From a virus (Duplodnaviria > Caudoviricetes), in IMG/VR virus record IMGVR_UViG_3300013426_000014, positions 64,001-128,000 of that record: a stretch of 64,000 nt of DNA, one strand, 5' to 3'. Shown one piece after another: positions 1 through 10,476 of this stretch (within the stretch, counting starts at the first letter, position 1; the number at the start of each line of letters is the position of its first letter). Position numbers and translations under genes: made by a program. The notes beneath the pieces were generated by a model, which saw only the letters and a program-made list of their open reading frames with translations, was not told where the DNA came from and searched no databases.

Positions 1-27
1 AGCGACAGCATATTCTTACTATTCATG

Positions 28-981
28 TTACGACAATATTATGGTTTGCAGTTTATAGACAAGGCTGAGCAGGGTGATCACCTTGTCGGGGACGTTCACT
101 ATATCCCGCGCGTGTTCCGCGATCGTAATGACACAGTATGGTATCTTCTGTATCTTGTCCGGATGATTTAGCCTGAGAAACTCGATGAAATCTTTTGAGA
201 AAGCAGACACCGCGTCCTCTGGATAACTCGCGTATTCAGACATGACAAGCTTGTAGTTCTCGACAGGATCAACACAGGTAAAAATCTTTTCGAACAGATC
301 AGAGCATTCGAACGTCTTCACCAATGAATCCTTGTTCATCTCCTTCGCGCCCTGCAGATACAGTGTCTGGATCCCGTTCAGCATCGACCGCATGTCAGGG
401 AAACTATTCCTGACGAACGCGGTGACGGTCTCGTCGTCCGCCGCGATATGAACGCCGTCAAGGATCTGCCTGATATATTTGACATACATGCCAAATACAT
501 AATCCTCTTCCTCCTTGTTGATCGGGTAAAATGGTATGCAGTTAAACCTCGATCTGATCGGATCCGGTATCTTATCGATTCTGTTGCATGTCAGTACAAA
601 CCTGACAGAATCGGCGTACCGTTCAATCGTGTTTCTGAGCGCATCCCACCCGTCAGCGGTGATTCCGTCAGCCTCGTCGATATAGACCGCCTTCAGTTTC
701 TCGGAGCCGGCGTCGAGTGATACATGCGAACAGAACGAAACGACCTTGTCCCTCATGATGTCGATGCCGCGCTCGGCTGAACCGTTCAACTGCAGCGTAT
801 CATAATCAGAGATCAGGATCCTCGCGGTCGACGATTTGCCGCATCCAGGTGATCCATACAGCAGAATATTCTGCACAAGCCCACGTGACAGCTCATTCTT
901 GATACGCGGCGGGGCGATGACGCCGTCCAGCTTTTTCGGGCGGAAAAGTTCCGTGAATAATTTTTGCGTTACACTTTCCAT
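28..981 (-). CDS. Sliding-clamp loader AAA+ subunit (T4 gp44 / RFC small subunit-like)
   Basis: Walker A GSPGCGKS, Walker B IDEADG, LNGSAERGID and IRSRF motifs; no in-frame TGA; TAA stop. Confidence 0.9.
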   Translation of the reverse strand: MESVTQKLFTELFRPKKLDGVIAPPRIKNELSRGLVQNILLYGSPGCGKSSTARILISDYDTLQLNGSAERGIDIMRDKVVSFCSHVSLDAGSEKLKAVYIDEADGITADGWDALRNTIERYADSVRFVLTCNRIDKIPDPIRSRFNCIPFYPINKEEEDYVFGMYVKYIRQILDGVHIAADDETVTAFVRNSFPDMRSMLNGIQTLYLQGAKEMNKDSLVKTFECSDLFEKIFTCVDPVENYKLVMSEYASYPEDAVSAFSKDFIEFLRLNHPDKIQKIPYCVITIAEHARDIVNVPDKVITLLSLVYKLQTIILS

Positions 982-998
982 ATAATGGCTTCGTTAAT

Positions 999-1742
999 TT
1001 ATCATTTATTATATGTCAGGAACGGCTGATTCATTTCGACATTCAGAATATCTATATACCGCGTGACGGTTTTCATCATCGCGTCGCACGCCTTTATATA
1101 CGCGATAAGATGTTCGAACTTGATATCGGATTTCTTGTACATGACATCATCCATCTTGCCATGATCATGCACCCATCGCAAATTTCCGGAGCTGTTTTTA
1201 TTATAAGTATGAGTCAGAATGTCTTTCATATCAATCCTTACCTGCACCGCGTCATGGAAAAATTCGACAATCACGGTGAGACGAACGCAAAAGTGGACAT
1301 ATATACTCTTATACAACATATATTTGTATTTCAAATCAATGTCACCGGTTCTTTTACATTTCCTGTTATTAACCTGTGCCATTTCGCCGCCGCTGTCAAA
1401 CATATGGTTAATGTATTCCGTCGTTATGTCAGCCGCCCGTTCCATGTCGTATTGCCCGGAAGGCTTGATATTGTAAATAAGCCTGACAGTATTGCTCGAC
1501 GACAGCGGGAAAATACGCGCGAGCGCCGCGGCCGACGATTTGACCGTATTTTGCCGGTCCCGCGATCCAGATGAATGGTCAAGAATCCAGTCAACCGGAC
1601 GGACCGCCGCTGCGACGCGGAGCGAGTCGATATTCGCGACCTTCGACACAAAACGAACCGAATTCTGACCGGCGGACGAGAGACACGCGCAGGCCGCAAT
1701 AACGAACGCCACCGATTTAAGTATTATACTGAGATTTTTCAT
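999..1742 (-). CDS. Hypothetical exported or membrane-anchored protein
   Basis: Signal-peptide-like start MKNLSIILKSVAFVIAACACLSSAG; ends TGA-TAA, so the stop is at 999 in code 4; start chosen by inspection. Confidence 0.55.
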
Positions 1743-1825
1743 AACGCGAATATATGACATATTTTCAAAATAAAAAACGGGCGGATAAAAAATATCCGTC
1801 CGCACTCAATCTTTTCCAGGTGTCA

Positions 1826-3778
1826 TTACTTCCTGTTGTATTTCCGCATACCCAATATCTGGTTGACCGCGGCAAACGAGCCAGTCAACTTTATTGTCCT
1901 GCCATGGTATTTCAACACAATGCCCTCCGTCGCATTCACGACGCCGCCGGCGTCACGGAGCCGACGAAGCTGGTCGTTCAGCAGTGCGATCTTATCAGAC
2001 AACCCCTCCGCCTTGATCGACTCGACAGTCTTTTCTATCTGATCCTTGAGTTTCCGTGACACATCCGCGCTGCTCTTATCGTTGACGAAACCAGAACAGC
2101 GGCGGATCACCTCGTCGCCAAACCTGATGAAAAACCGGTCGAGCGGGTCGACCACCTTTTTCACGGCGTCGGCCGCGGAGTTCTTGTCGAAGTCAGTAAT
2201 CGATTCAAACCTTCGCTTCATCTCAGCCTTGTCAACCGGATCCATACCGGAATCGGCGGCGGATTTCATCACCTCCACAGCGACCCGCTTTATGTCACGC
2301 ATATTCGTCTTTTTTGACTTGTCTATCCACCGGTCAAGCAACATGTCGCGCAAATCAGGATAATTATAGATAAACTTTATCTTCGACCTGGCGGTGATCC
2401 GCGTAAATCTCGCCTTCTTCCAGTCGCCGACGGTTGTCTCGTCCGGATCGGTATAACCGATCCCGTCCGCCGCGACCTTATTGAGCTCCGATATGAACCT
2501 GTGCGTCACGTTCCCGTTGTCGTTCAGCTGTTTCATGACGATCTTGTTCGTGCCGGACGCGGAGTCAACCTTCTCCGCGGCGGTGTTAACGATCTCCATC
2601 GTCTTATCATCCGCCGTCGGCTCAATCTCCTCGAATGTATCCGATTTCAGATGTCTCGTCATGTAGATGCGACAGTCATGAAAATACACGTGCACGCCAT
2701 CATACGGGATGACGTTGCGGTTGACCGGATTGATCACCTCGCAGTTGATCCACACGCGGTAATCAGAATCGCCCCCGCCGCGGTTGAAGAACACGGTCCT
2801 GTCCTTTATCTTGCGGAACACCATGTCGATTATCTTGCCGCCGGTAACAAACGCCTCCGCGACCTCCGGCTTGTCCGACCACTTCGCCGCCATGTCGTCG
2901 ATCGACATGCCGGATCCCCTTATGTCGGTGAGATTGCGGGCAAACACGGTCTTTCCTTTCTTATCGACGGACGCGAATATGTTCTGTCCATCAAGCTTCT
3001 CTGTTATGTCCTCGACATCGGCGCTGAACACATCACGCACGAGCCGTTTCAAATCGCCGAACGTGAAGTCGTTAATCTCATATGGATGCGGCAGATGCCC
3101 GGCCATCCCGCCCTCATTCAGCGCCGGCGCCGGCAAGACGGTGATGGATTCGGTCAGTGCGCTGTCATACAGGCCGGAATCTCGGAGAGGAAGAACCTCG
3201 CTCCTGATCGCCTTATAATATTCCTTGATATCAGCTGGCTTCACCACCCCTGCCGACAACATCCTCCTATACGCCGTCAGGAACGCGGCGAAGTCATCAG
3301 ACCTGACATCGTTCCTGACGACAGTCGACGATACCGGCCTGTTCTGATATCCGTCTGCCCGCGCGCCGTATGTCACAGGCGAATAATCGACTGGAACATC
3401 GACGGTCTCGACCCCGTCGACGGGATGCGTCTTAAAATACCTGATGAAGTCGTCGACCCGTTTCTTATCGTCACCCTTGCCGGATGATGCCATCGCGAAA
3501 CGGCCACGACCGCCCTCGACCGCCCTGTATACGGCGCGGACCGGGGACGCGTCCGGCGACAGCCAGACGCGGACACGCGGCTCATCTGCGAACACCTTGT
3601 CCATAAACGTCTTGGATGTATCTGCCTTTATTCCCTCCCTATCTGCTGACGAAAGCATTACCGTCACATCGACGTCATACCCATCAAGATTGAGATACTT
3701 CTTTATCTGTTCCCAATGTCCATCATGGAATGGCTTAAATGCGCCGGGATATATGACATGTAGTTTGCGGTTCATCAT
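1826..3778 (-). CDS. Fusion of a HIGH-type (cytidylyltransferase-like) nucleotidyltransferase and a ligase-superfamily nucleotidyltransferase domain
   Basis: N-terminal PGAFKPFHDGH (HxGH) and SSTVVR; C-terminal TEKLDGQN (motif I KxDG) and EGIVLK..IK (motifs IV/V). Confidence 0.7.
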   Translation of the reverse strand: MMNRKLHVIYPGAFKPFHDGHWEQIKKYLNLDGYDVDVTVMLSSADREGIKADTSKTFMDKVFADEPRVRVWLSPDASPVRAVYRAVEGGRGRFAMASSGKGDDKKRVDDFIRYFKTHPVDGVETVDVPVDYSPVTYGARADGYQNRPVSSTVVRNDVRSDDFAAFLTAYRRMLSAGVVKPADIKEYYKAIRSEVLPLRDSGLYDSALTESITVLPAPALNEGGMAGHLPHPYEINDFTFGDLKRLVRDVFSADVEDITEKLDGQNIFASVDKKGKTVFARNLTDIRGSGMSIDDMAAKWSDKPEVAEAFVTGGKIIDMVFRKIKDRTVFFNRGGGDSDYRVWINCEVINPVNRNVIPYDGVHVYFHDCRIYMTRHLKSDTFEEIEPTADDKTMEIVNTAAEKVDSASGTNKIVMKQLNDNGNVTHRFISELNKVAADGIGYTDPDETTVGDWKKARFTRITARSKIKFIYNYPDLRDMLLDRWIDKSKKTNMRDIKRVAVEVMKSAADSGMDPVDKAEMKRRFESITDFDKNSAADAVKKVVDPLDRFFIRFGDEVIRRCSGFVNDKSSADVSRKLKDQIEKTVESIKAEGLSDKIALLNDQLRRLRDAGGVVNATEGIVLKYHGRTIKLTGSFAAVNQILGMRKYNRK

Positions 3779-3797
3779 GAAGAATTATATTACCTGA

Positions 3798-3865
3798 TAT
3801 TTATCACACATTATATACCATACAATGTCCTGTCATTTTCTTTTGTAATGATTCTCAAATAAATA
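3798..3865. promoter_or_regulatory. Divergent late promoters (GATAAATA on -, AATAAATA on +)
   Basis: 3798-3805 and 3858-3865, about 20 and 26 nt from the respective start codons. Confidence 0.65.
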
Positions 3866-3890
3866 GCATGGACAGAATCATTTTTTAACC

Positions 3891-4550
3891 ATGAGCAACA
3901 CTATAAAATCAGACAAGATCGCGCTCGAGCAGCTGCTTAACTCGATATCGCCGGCGACACCGGGGGAGCAGAGCAATGGCGTGTCCGGCGCGGTAGATAA
4001 TAGCGGAGGCGCGCCGGTGGAGCCGGAACAGATCATCATATTCGACCGCGCCGGCGAGCAGAAGTCAGCGCGGAAACGAGCGAGAAATACAGTCAAGCTG
4101 ATGGCGCAACACGCCCTGCCGAAACCGTTGCTTGAAGAGGAATACGTGCAAAACAAAATGGAACAGGATGCGGCGACGCTGGCAGACCTGTACTGACAGG
4201 TCAAATCAAACTCGCTCGTCCAGAACGCGCTCCTCGACGTCATCGCCAGGGGAAATACCGCCCCGCGCAACTTTGAGGTATACACGCAGCTGACAGACAA
4301 GATATCCGCGTTGAGCAAGCAGATTCAGGTGACAGAGACGACGATGAGGAAGACGTATCTCGACCTGAAGCTGGAGATCCGCGACAAACAGGCAGAGGAG
4401 CGGCAAAACCTGGATGGACCAGTAGAGACGCAGCTGCAGGGAGGAAAAAGTCACAATGTCATAACAGGCGGCGGTAAACTCGCGGAGTTACTGATGTACA
4501 AACGAATGAAAACGCTCGAAGCCGCGCAGGACGGGCCGGACGAGCAATAA
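3891..4550 (+). CDS. terS: Terminase small subunit (T4 gp16-like)
   Basis: Two ORF fragments join across TGA 4194-4196; the joined segment has PRNFEVYTQL, resembling the gp16 PRxxEV motif; lies just upstream of terL. Confidence 0.7.
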
Positions 4551-4568
4551 AGGAACAACAGAGATGAT

Positions 4569-4934
4569 ATGATAAGGGAAATATACACCAGAGCGGCGGA
4601 CGAGACGGGATACAATCCGTCCGCACTCGAACACGACAGCGCGGTCGAAGAGATGGTTCAGAAGATCAAGAACCTGATGTCGACGTCGAACGGCGACGTC
4701 CTCGGCGACTACAGTTTCGGCGCGAACATAGAGGATCTTGTGTTCCGCACGGCAAGGGACGCGGAGGGAATAGAGTCTGACATATCGCGGCAGCTGACAG
4801 AATACGTGCCGACGCCACAAGGATGAACGATCACACCTAAGGTGAGATTCGGTCACCACGACGACGGATATGACTTCGCCGTGATAGACATATATATCAA
4901 CCAGAGGAAGGTGGAGTCGTTCCTCATAAACTAA
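4569..4934 (+). CDS. Baseplate wedge subunit, gp25-like
   Basis: KIKNLMSTSNGDVLGDYSFGANIEDLVF fits the gp25/GPW pattern; reads through TGA 4824-4826 to TAA 4932-4934. Confidence 0.75.
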
Positions 4935-4947
4935 ACCGGGAAAAGAT

Positions 4948-5517
4948 ATGGGAAAATTCGACAAGGACGGCAGTCAGCAGACGACCGGCCGCTCGCCGCG
5001 CGTGTGAAGCACAGAGCAGATAAACCAGATGATGACGGACTATGAAAACGGGTATGACATAGACTACTCGCCGTTCTTCGAGCACGACATCGACCTGAAG
5101 GCAGAGAACATCAGCTTCGACTACACGGACGCGGAGCTGGAAGAAATCGACAGGTGTTATAACGACCCGAAATACTTCATCGAGCGATACTGCAGGTGGA
5201 TGACGGACCACGGCATGCAGACGGTGACGCTGCGACCATACCAGAAGGAGCTCATAGACATAGTGACATCACAGGACTATGACGCGGCGAAAGACCTGCT
5301 TGTCCCGAAGAACCGTAACATCATATGAATGGCCGCGCGGCAAAGTGGAAAGTGTTGTTCTCCAATAAGTTACATATCATATAATGATAGCAATGCCGGT
5401 TTGTCAGAAAGCAAAACAAACAACTTTTATACAATCTGAAATAAATATAAAAAGCAAAAACGCACTTTGTTGTATCACATTAAAAATATGCTTTACTGAT
5501 TATATTCCAAATTATAA
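4948..5517 (+). CDS. terL: Terminase large subunit, N-terminal part fused to a split-intein N fragment
   Basis: DPKYFIERY, LRPYQKE (adenine-binding) and WMAARQSGK, then Cys at 5353 starting a 54-aa tail; four TGA read as Trp; TAA 5515-5517. Confidence 0.9.
5353..5514 (+). mobile_element. Split intein N fragment (54 aa)
   Basis: Cys1 directly after RQSGK; CCSPISYISY is block-A-like; sequence becomes AT-rich at the junction. Confidence 0.8.
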
Positions 5518-5522
5518 AGTTA

Positions 5523-6266
5523 ATGGAAATCAAAAAACGTAAAAAGAACAAACTTACAAAACATATCTGTATCGTGTGCGGCAAAGAATTCGAGGCGCGG
5601 CAAGGCGATGCGAAATTCTGCTCATATGAATGCGGCAAGCGATATCACGATCAGCAGGCGCTCGAAAAAAAGACGAGGTCGCTTCTCGAAAACGGCGTCG
5701 AGAATGTCGACTACATCATAGACAGGTGGAACGGTCTGCCGACCGTCCGGCTGTATGGCCGATGGTTTCGGAAAATGCATCCCGACCGCACGATGGATGA
5801 GTACAAGTCGGAATTCCCGGACGCGCCGATAACGATACCGAAAGACAAGGCCGCGACATCAAAGAATTCCGGCCAGTTCATGAAGAAACCGGAATACCGC
5901 GAGAAATATTCAAAGATGATGTCTGGTGAGAACAACCCGAATCATCACACAAAGGCGTCAGAGCAGAAGCGCAAGGAGAATTCGCCGTTTTCCAAAGAGT
6001 TTTATAAACGGAAAAACATGTCAGAATCGGACCGCGACATTTTTTTGACCGAAGTCGCGGAAAGCAGATCATACGCGGCGCAAATTGATTATTACATCGG
6101 CAAGGGAATGTCTTCCGAAGAGGCGGAGGTGGCGCGCGCCGAAAGACAAAGAACATGCGCGCTTAAACGTTTTATTAAAACATATGGTGAAGATGAAGGA
6201 ATGAAGAACAAGAAACAGGCGAAAACAATAAAAACAAATATGAATCGAGATACACGAAAAACGTAG
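5523..6266 (+). CDS. Free-standing homing-endonuclease-like protein, probably lacking its nuclease domain
   Basis: Zn ribbon CIVC..FCSYEC, NUMOD-like SGENNPN, FIKTYGEDEG repeat; position between intein halves; no HNH, GIY-YIG, LAGLIDADG or Vsr motif seen. Confidence 0.55.
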   Translation: MEIKKRKKNKLTKHICIVCGKEFEARQGDAKFCSYECGKRYHDQQALEKKTRSLLENGVENVDYIIDRWNGLPTVRLYGRWFRKMHPDRTMDEYKSEFPDAPITIPKDKAATSKNSGQFMKKPEYREKYSKMMSGENNPNHHTKASEQKRKENSPFSKEFYKRKNMSESDRDIFLTEVAESRSYAAQIDYYIGKGMSSEEAEVARAERQRTCALKRFIKTYGEDEGMKNKKQAKTIKTNMNRDTRKT

Positions 6267-6298
6267 AAGACAACATCGAAAAGTAAAAACAGACCGTT

Positions 6299-7279
6299 AT
6301 GAAAGACATGGATATCCGGAAATACTGACTATACCAGATATGGAAAGAATTCATCCACCGCGAATCGCCGTACATGGTGAACGAATCAATGGGACGGCCG
6401 GACAACATAGATATATGAGCCGACGCCGTATACAGAAAAATATCGGGCTGAATACAGGAAAGATACAAAGCCGAAGGGATCGGAGACAATCTGATCACGT
6501 CGGGAAGAATCATCATAGACAAAAACGATTTCGCCGGACGTGAATGCAAGGTGTTCTTTGACAAATGTGTGATAGACGTTGTTGCGAACATAGACATGTC
6601 CGGATCGTCGTTCGACGTGTCGTCCGCGAACTTTTATTACCCTGACAGAAGCGGCGTGCGCGCGGATGGGTCATACATGATATATCTCAAGTTCTTTCTA
6701 ATGGGCGACATCGATAAAGTGTTGGCAGATCTCCGTCCCGCGACGGCGCACGAGCTGACGCATGCGTATGTGGATTACAGGATGAATCCGGATGAATTGA
6801 TGAAAGACAGATCGGTCGGTGGGCTCGACCGGAATTTCGACAAAAAATTCCTGCACGGCGCCGCGGCAACAGATGACCCCGATATAAAGCTTATATATAA
6901 TATACTGTATTTCACGGAAAAAGACGAGATAAACGCGATGCAGTCCGAATTGTGGTCCGAACTTCTCAGGGGCAGAAGCATGATCGGAACATCTGCGGGA
7001 GCGAACGAATTATTAAAAAGGACCGAAGTGTATAAAAGGATGGAGTCGAACGAGAACCGTCTTCGCGAACTCCACCGCGTCACGGAGGAGGAACCGCGAA
7101 ACAAAATACTCGCTTTCTTCAATTCGGTTTTCCACTCGTCTGTCCCAGATTACTGGCGGATGCTGACGAAAGTCGACGTCATGTGAACCCGTGCGAGAAA
7201 CCGGTTGATGAATCGCGCGTGCAAATATATCGGTTATTTTCAGGACGTGAAGGACACGTACGGCTATATTCCATCATAA
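6299..7279 (+). CDS. Putative zincin metallopeptidase (HExxH), paralog 1
   Basis: Open across four TGA; AHELTHAY plus downstream EINAMQSE. Confidence 0.65.
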
Positions 7280-7299
7280 CCGATTCAAAGCGATAAGTC

Positions 7300-8286
7300 A
7301 TGGATATCAATCAATATATAAAAGAACATACTGCGCTGGAGTTCAAATACAGATCGCGATCATTATGCGAATCCGGTGGCGTTCCGGATTTCATAAGCGA
7401 CGCTGTCGACAGTTTGATGAACAGAATAATGGAAAAGATCCGGGCCGGCGAACGTGACCGATACGCGGACGGAATATTCGACATCAAAGCAGACGGATTA
7501 TTTTTCGACATATGCAGGATCGAAATGTCGATTTTGATCGACAAGCCATCCGACGCGGTGTCGATCTGCTGATCCGACGGCGGTTATGTGCCAGACCGCA
7601 GCGGCGACGCTGGCGGCAAATACATGATATACATATTGATTACAGCCGGCGGCAATGCAGACATGCTCGACGAAGAGATCCGCATCCTGCTCGCGCATGA
7701 AATAACCCACGCGTATAATGATTATATGACGCGGAACGCTGGGAAAATCAATCCGATACAATGCGGCCGGGCGGATGGGACAGTGCTTCACAAAAATTAC
7801 ATGAATCCGGATCAGATTATCAGATACATGCACGACATCATATATTTCTCGCTGAAATCTGAGACCAACGCGATGCAAAGTGAGATATTCATGGAGATGT
7901 CAAGAAAAAAAGGATACATGTCAGACCGGAACAACGTCGAAGCTGTCATGTCGGGCACGGCGGTGATGAAAAGGATAAAAAGAATAGCGGACGAGCTGTC
8001 ATACATTGAATCGTTGACGGAGCCGGACGGCAGAAAAAAGGCGGTGGACTTTTTCAACGCCGTATACCATACAAACGTGACGGATTTTAATTCGATAACC
8101 CGCAAAATCAAGACACTATTTTTCAAATCAAGAAGCAAAATAATCCAATCCGCATGCAAATCCGCGTTTATACTGCACGAGACATGATATGCGCCGGTCA
8201 GGATGAATGGAGAATGGCTCAATGTGTTCGACTGGACGCAAGTGAACGACGCGGACGCGAATACAGCAGAAACGATAATACAATAA
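7300..8286 (+). CDS. Putative zincin metallopeptidase (HExxH), paralog 2
   Basis: Open across two TGA; AHEITHAY plus ETNAMQSE; colinear with paralog 1. Confidence 0.65.
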
Positions 8287-8295
8287 CCGGATAAT

Positions 8296-8778
8296 ATGAA
8301 AATCAGGAAACTGCTAAAAATCATAGTCGGCAAATTCATAGAGAAGGCGGAGCGGTGGGAACTTCGGCATACTGATACTGGCGACGAGAACGATGTCTCA
8401 AAAAAGATAATTGACACCATCCCGGCGCCGGATCTTTCCGTGTCGTCTGACTCCGGCATGGTCCCTGTGACGGAGATACACCGCACGCGGCCGTTCACCG
8501 TATACGTCATAACGCTGGACGACGGCACGGAGATCGAATGCGCCGACAGGCATATCATGTACAAGGTGGACGACCTATCCGCGGCGAGTTTGCCGGAATG
8601 ACATGTTTATTCAGAATGCTTCGCGAAAAAACTTGTACCGGGTGACAAACTAGTAACGGAGAAAGGATATTCAACCGTCATATCCGTGGAAAAGATGCCG
8701 TACAGGATGTGTATGTATGATATGTCGGTGGCGACACAGGAGCACAGATATTACGTGAACGGCGTGCTTTCGCACAAC
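8296..8778 (+). mobile_element. Split intein C fragment (161 aa)
   Basis: Block B IECADRHIM, block F MYDMSV, block G YYVNGVLSHN, then Thr+1 at 8779. Confidence 0.9.
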
Positions 8779-10407
8779 ACGACAACAATGGCGTCTATTT
8801 TCGCTTACCTGCTGACGTTCATGAAGGACAGAAACTACATGCTGCTGGCGAACAAGGAAGCGACCGTCATCGAAATCGCGGACAAAGTCATACAAGTATT
8901 CAAAGGACTACCGTACTTCCTGAAGCCGGGATGCAGATCGTTCGGAAAGACCGGATTCCGGCTCGACAACGGATGCAGGATAATCACAGGAGCGACGACG
9001 AAGACGACGTCAATCGGTTTCACGGTCCACCTGCTGTATCTCGACGAGTTCGCGCACATCGACCCGACGATCGTCGACTCATTCTGACGGTCGGTATATC
9101 CGACCCTGTCATCGTCGGCCGTTTCGCAGTGCATGATCACGTCGACACCACACGGGGTAGACAACAAGTTCTATGATATATGGAGCAAATCGATGAACGG
9201 CGAGAACTCTTTCACACATTTCCGGACGGACTACTGGCAGGTGCCGGAGCACGACGAGGCGTGGGTCGCGAAGCAGAAGAAGGATTTCGGCGAGACTGAG
9301 TTCGCGCAGGAGTTCGAGCTGCAGTTCCACGCGGCGAGTAAGATGCTGCTCAAGCCGTCGGACTTCTCGTTCATCGAGCGAGTCGGCGCGCCGTTCGAGC
9401 GCAAGTACATCCCGTCAGACTCACCTTACTTGAACGATCCGGACCTTAAATGGGCGCCGGACTTTGACCCGAACGACGTGTCGCCGTCCGACAGGTTCGT
9501 TCTTCTCGTCGACCTGGCGGAAGGTAACGGGGACGAGGCGGTGGATGACACGAAGAAGAAAAGCAAGACAAGGACACCGGACTCAAACACCGTGCAGGTG
9601 ATGAAGGTCATCGCGAACAGTCCCGCTAACATCAGACGGTTCTCAGAGTCGGGCGTCACCATGAAAGACTCCGTCCGTTTCATCCAAGTCGGGACGTGAG
9701 AGAGCAACAGAAAAGACGAAGAATATTGCGGCAAGATGACATGCGCGCTGGCGCTCGATCTGCTGAAGGCAGCGGAAACAGACGGTGTCAGAGTCATGGT
9801 CGAGATGAACTTTCAGGGGAAGAACTATGTGACGTCAATGCGGCAGCATCCACTGTATTTCGACGGGCTGCTACAAAAGACATACCACACAAAACCTGTG
9901 CCGGGTGAGGTGAGAAGGAGAAGGATCGGATTCAAATCGGGACCGGAAAAGGAGCACTTCTGTCAGCTCGGCGCGAAGATGATAGCAAGACGGCGTATCG
10001 TGCCGCGTGACAGGACGACGCTTGGCCAGCTGGAGCAGTTCGGATATGTCAAGGGAAAAATCAAAGGAATCGCCTGTCATGACGATTTGTCATACCCAAT
10101 AATCAACCATATACCGGTCATGATGGATGACGAGACGTTCATGTCGTGGATCGAGGACTTTTTATACAACCTGACAGACGAGAAGAGGAAATACGAAATC
10201 AACATGTATATAAAAAAATGGGAGATGGAAAACCCAGAGATGACAGATGAATCATTTGCCGCGATGTACGGATTGAATGACAGATCAGAACTGTTCGGTG
10301 GAGGAATCAACACCGGGACGCCGTTCCAACAGTCGCAACAGCCGCAATACCAATATTATAATGGAATAAATCCATATTCATCCGGATATAACGGTGGATG
10401 AAGATAA
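8296..10407 (+). CDS. terL: Split-intein C fragment fused to the C-terminal part of the terminase large subunit (T4 gp17-like)
   Basis: After SHN come TTTMA, LANKEATVIEI, LPYFLKPG, Walker B LYLDEFAHI, F(TGA)RSVYPTLSS, ITSTPHG, FAQEFELQF and HDDL; four TGA; TAA 10405-10407. Confidence 0.92.
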
Positions 10408-10420
10408 TTACATTTTAATA

Positions 10421-10456
10421 AAATAAAACAGCGGTAAAATTACCGCTGTTTTATTT
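10421..10456. terminator. Bidirectional intrinsic terminator
   Basis: Perfect 17-bp inverted repeat aaataaaacagcggtaa/ttaccgctgttttattt between convergent genes. Confidence 0.8.
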
Positions 10457-10476
10457 AATAATTAAGTTGTTATTCA

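Noticed and set aside
999-1004. TGA-TAA (and terL TGA-AGA-TAA) as deliberate dual-code stops
   Set aside because: Only two cases, which cannot be told apart from chance C-terminal Trp or relic stops
2501-3487. 328-aa plus-strand ORF
   Set aside because: Antisense shadow of the nucleotidyltransferase gene
5518-8295. Group I intron interrupting terL
   Set aside because: The junctions carry protein-splicing residues (Cys1, His-Asn/Thr), and the gap is filled by ORFs with no room for an intron core
9085-9087. TGA as Gly (code 25) or selenocysteine
   Set aside because: Contexts such as F*RSVYP, WDW*D and the repeat-aligned TGG/TGA columns fit Trp, and TGA is far too frequent for Sec
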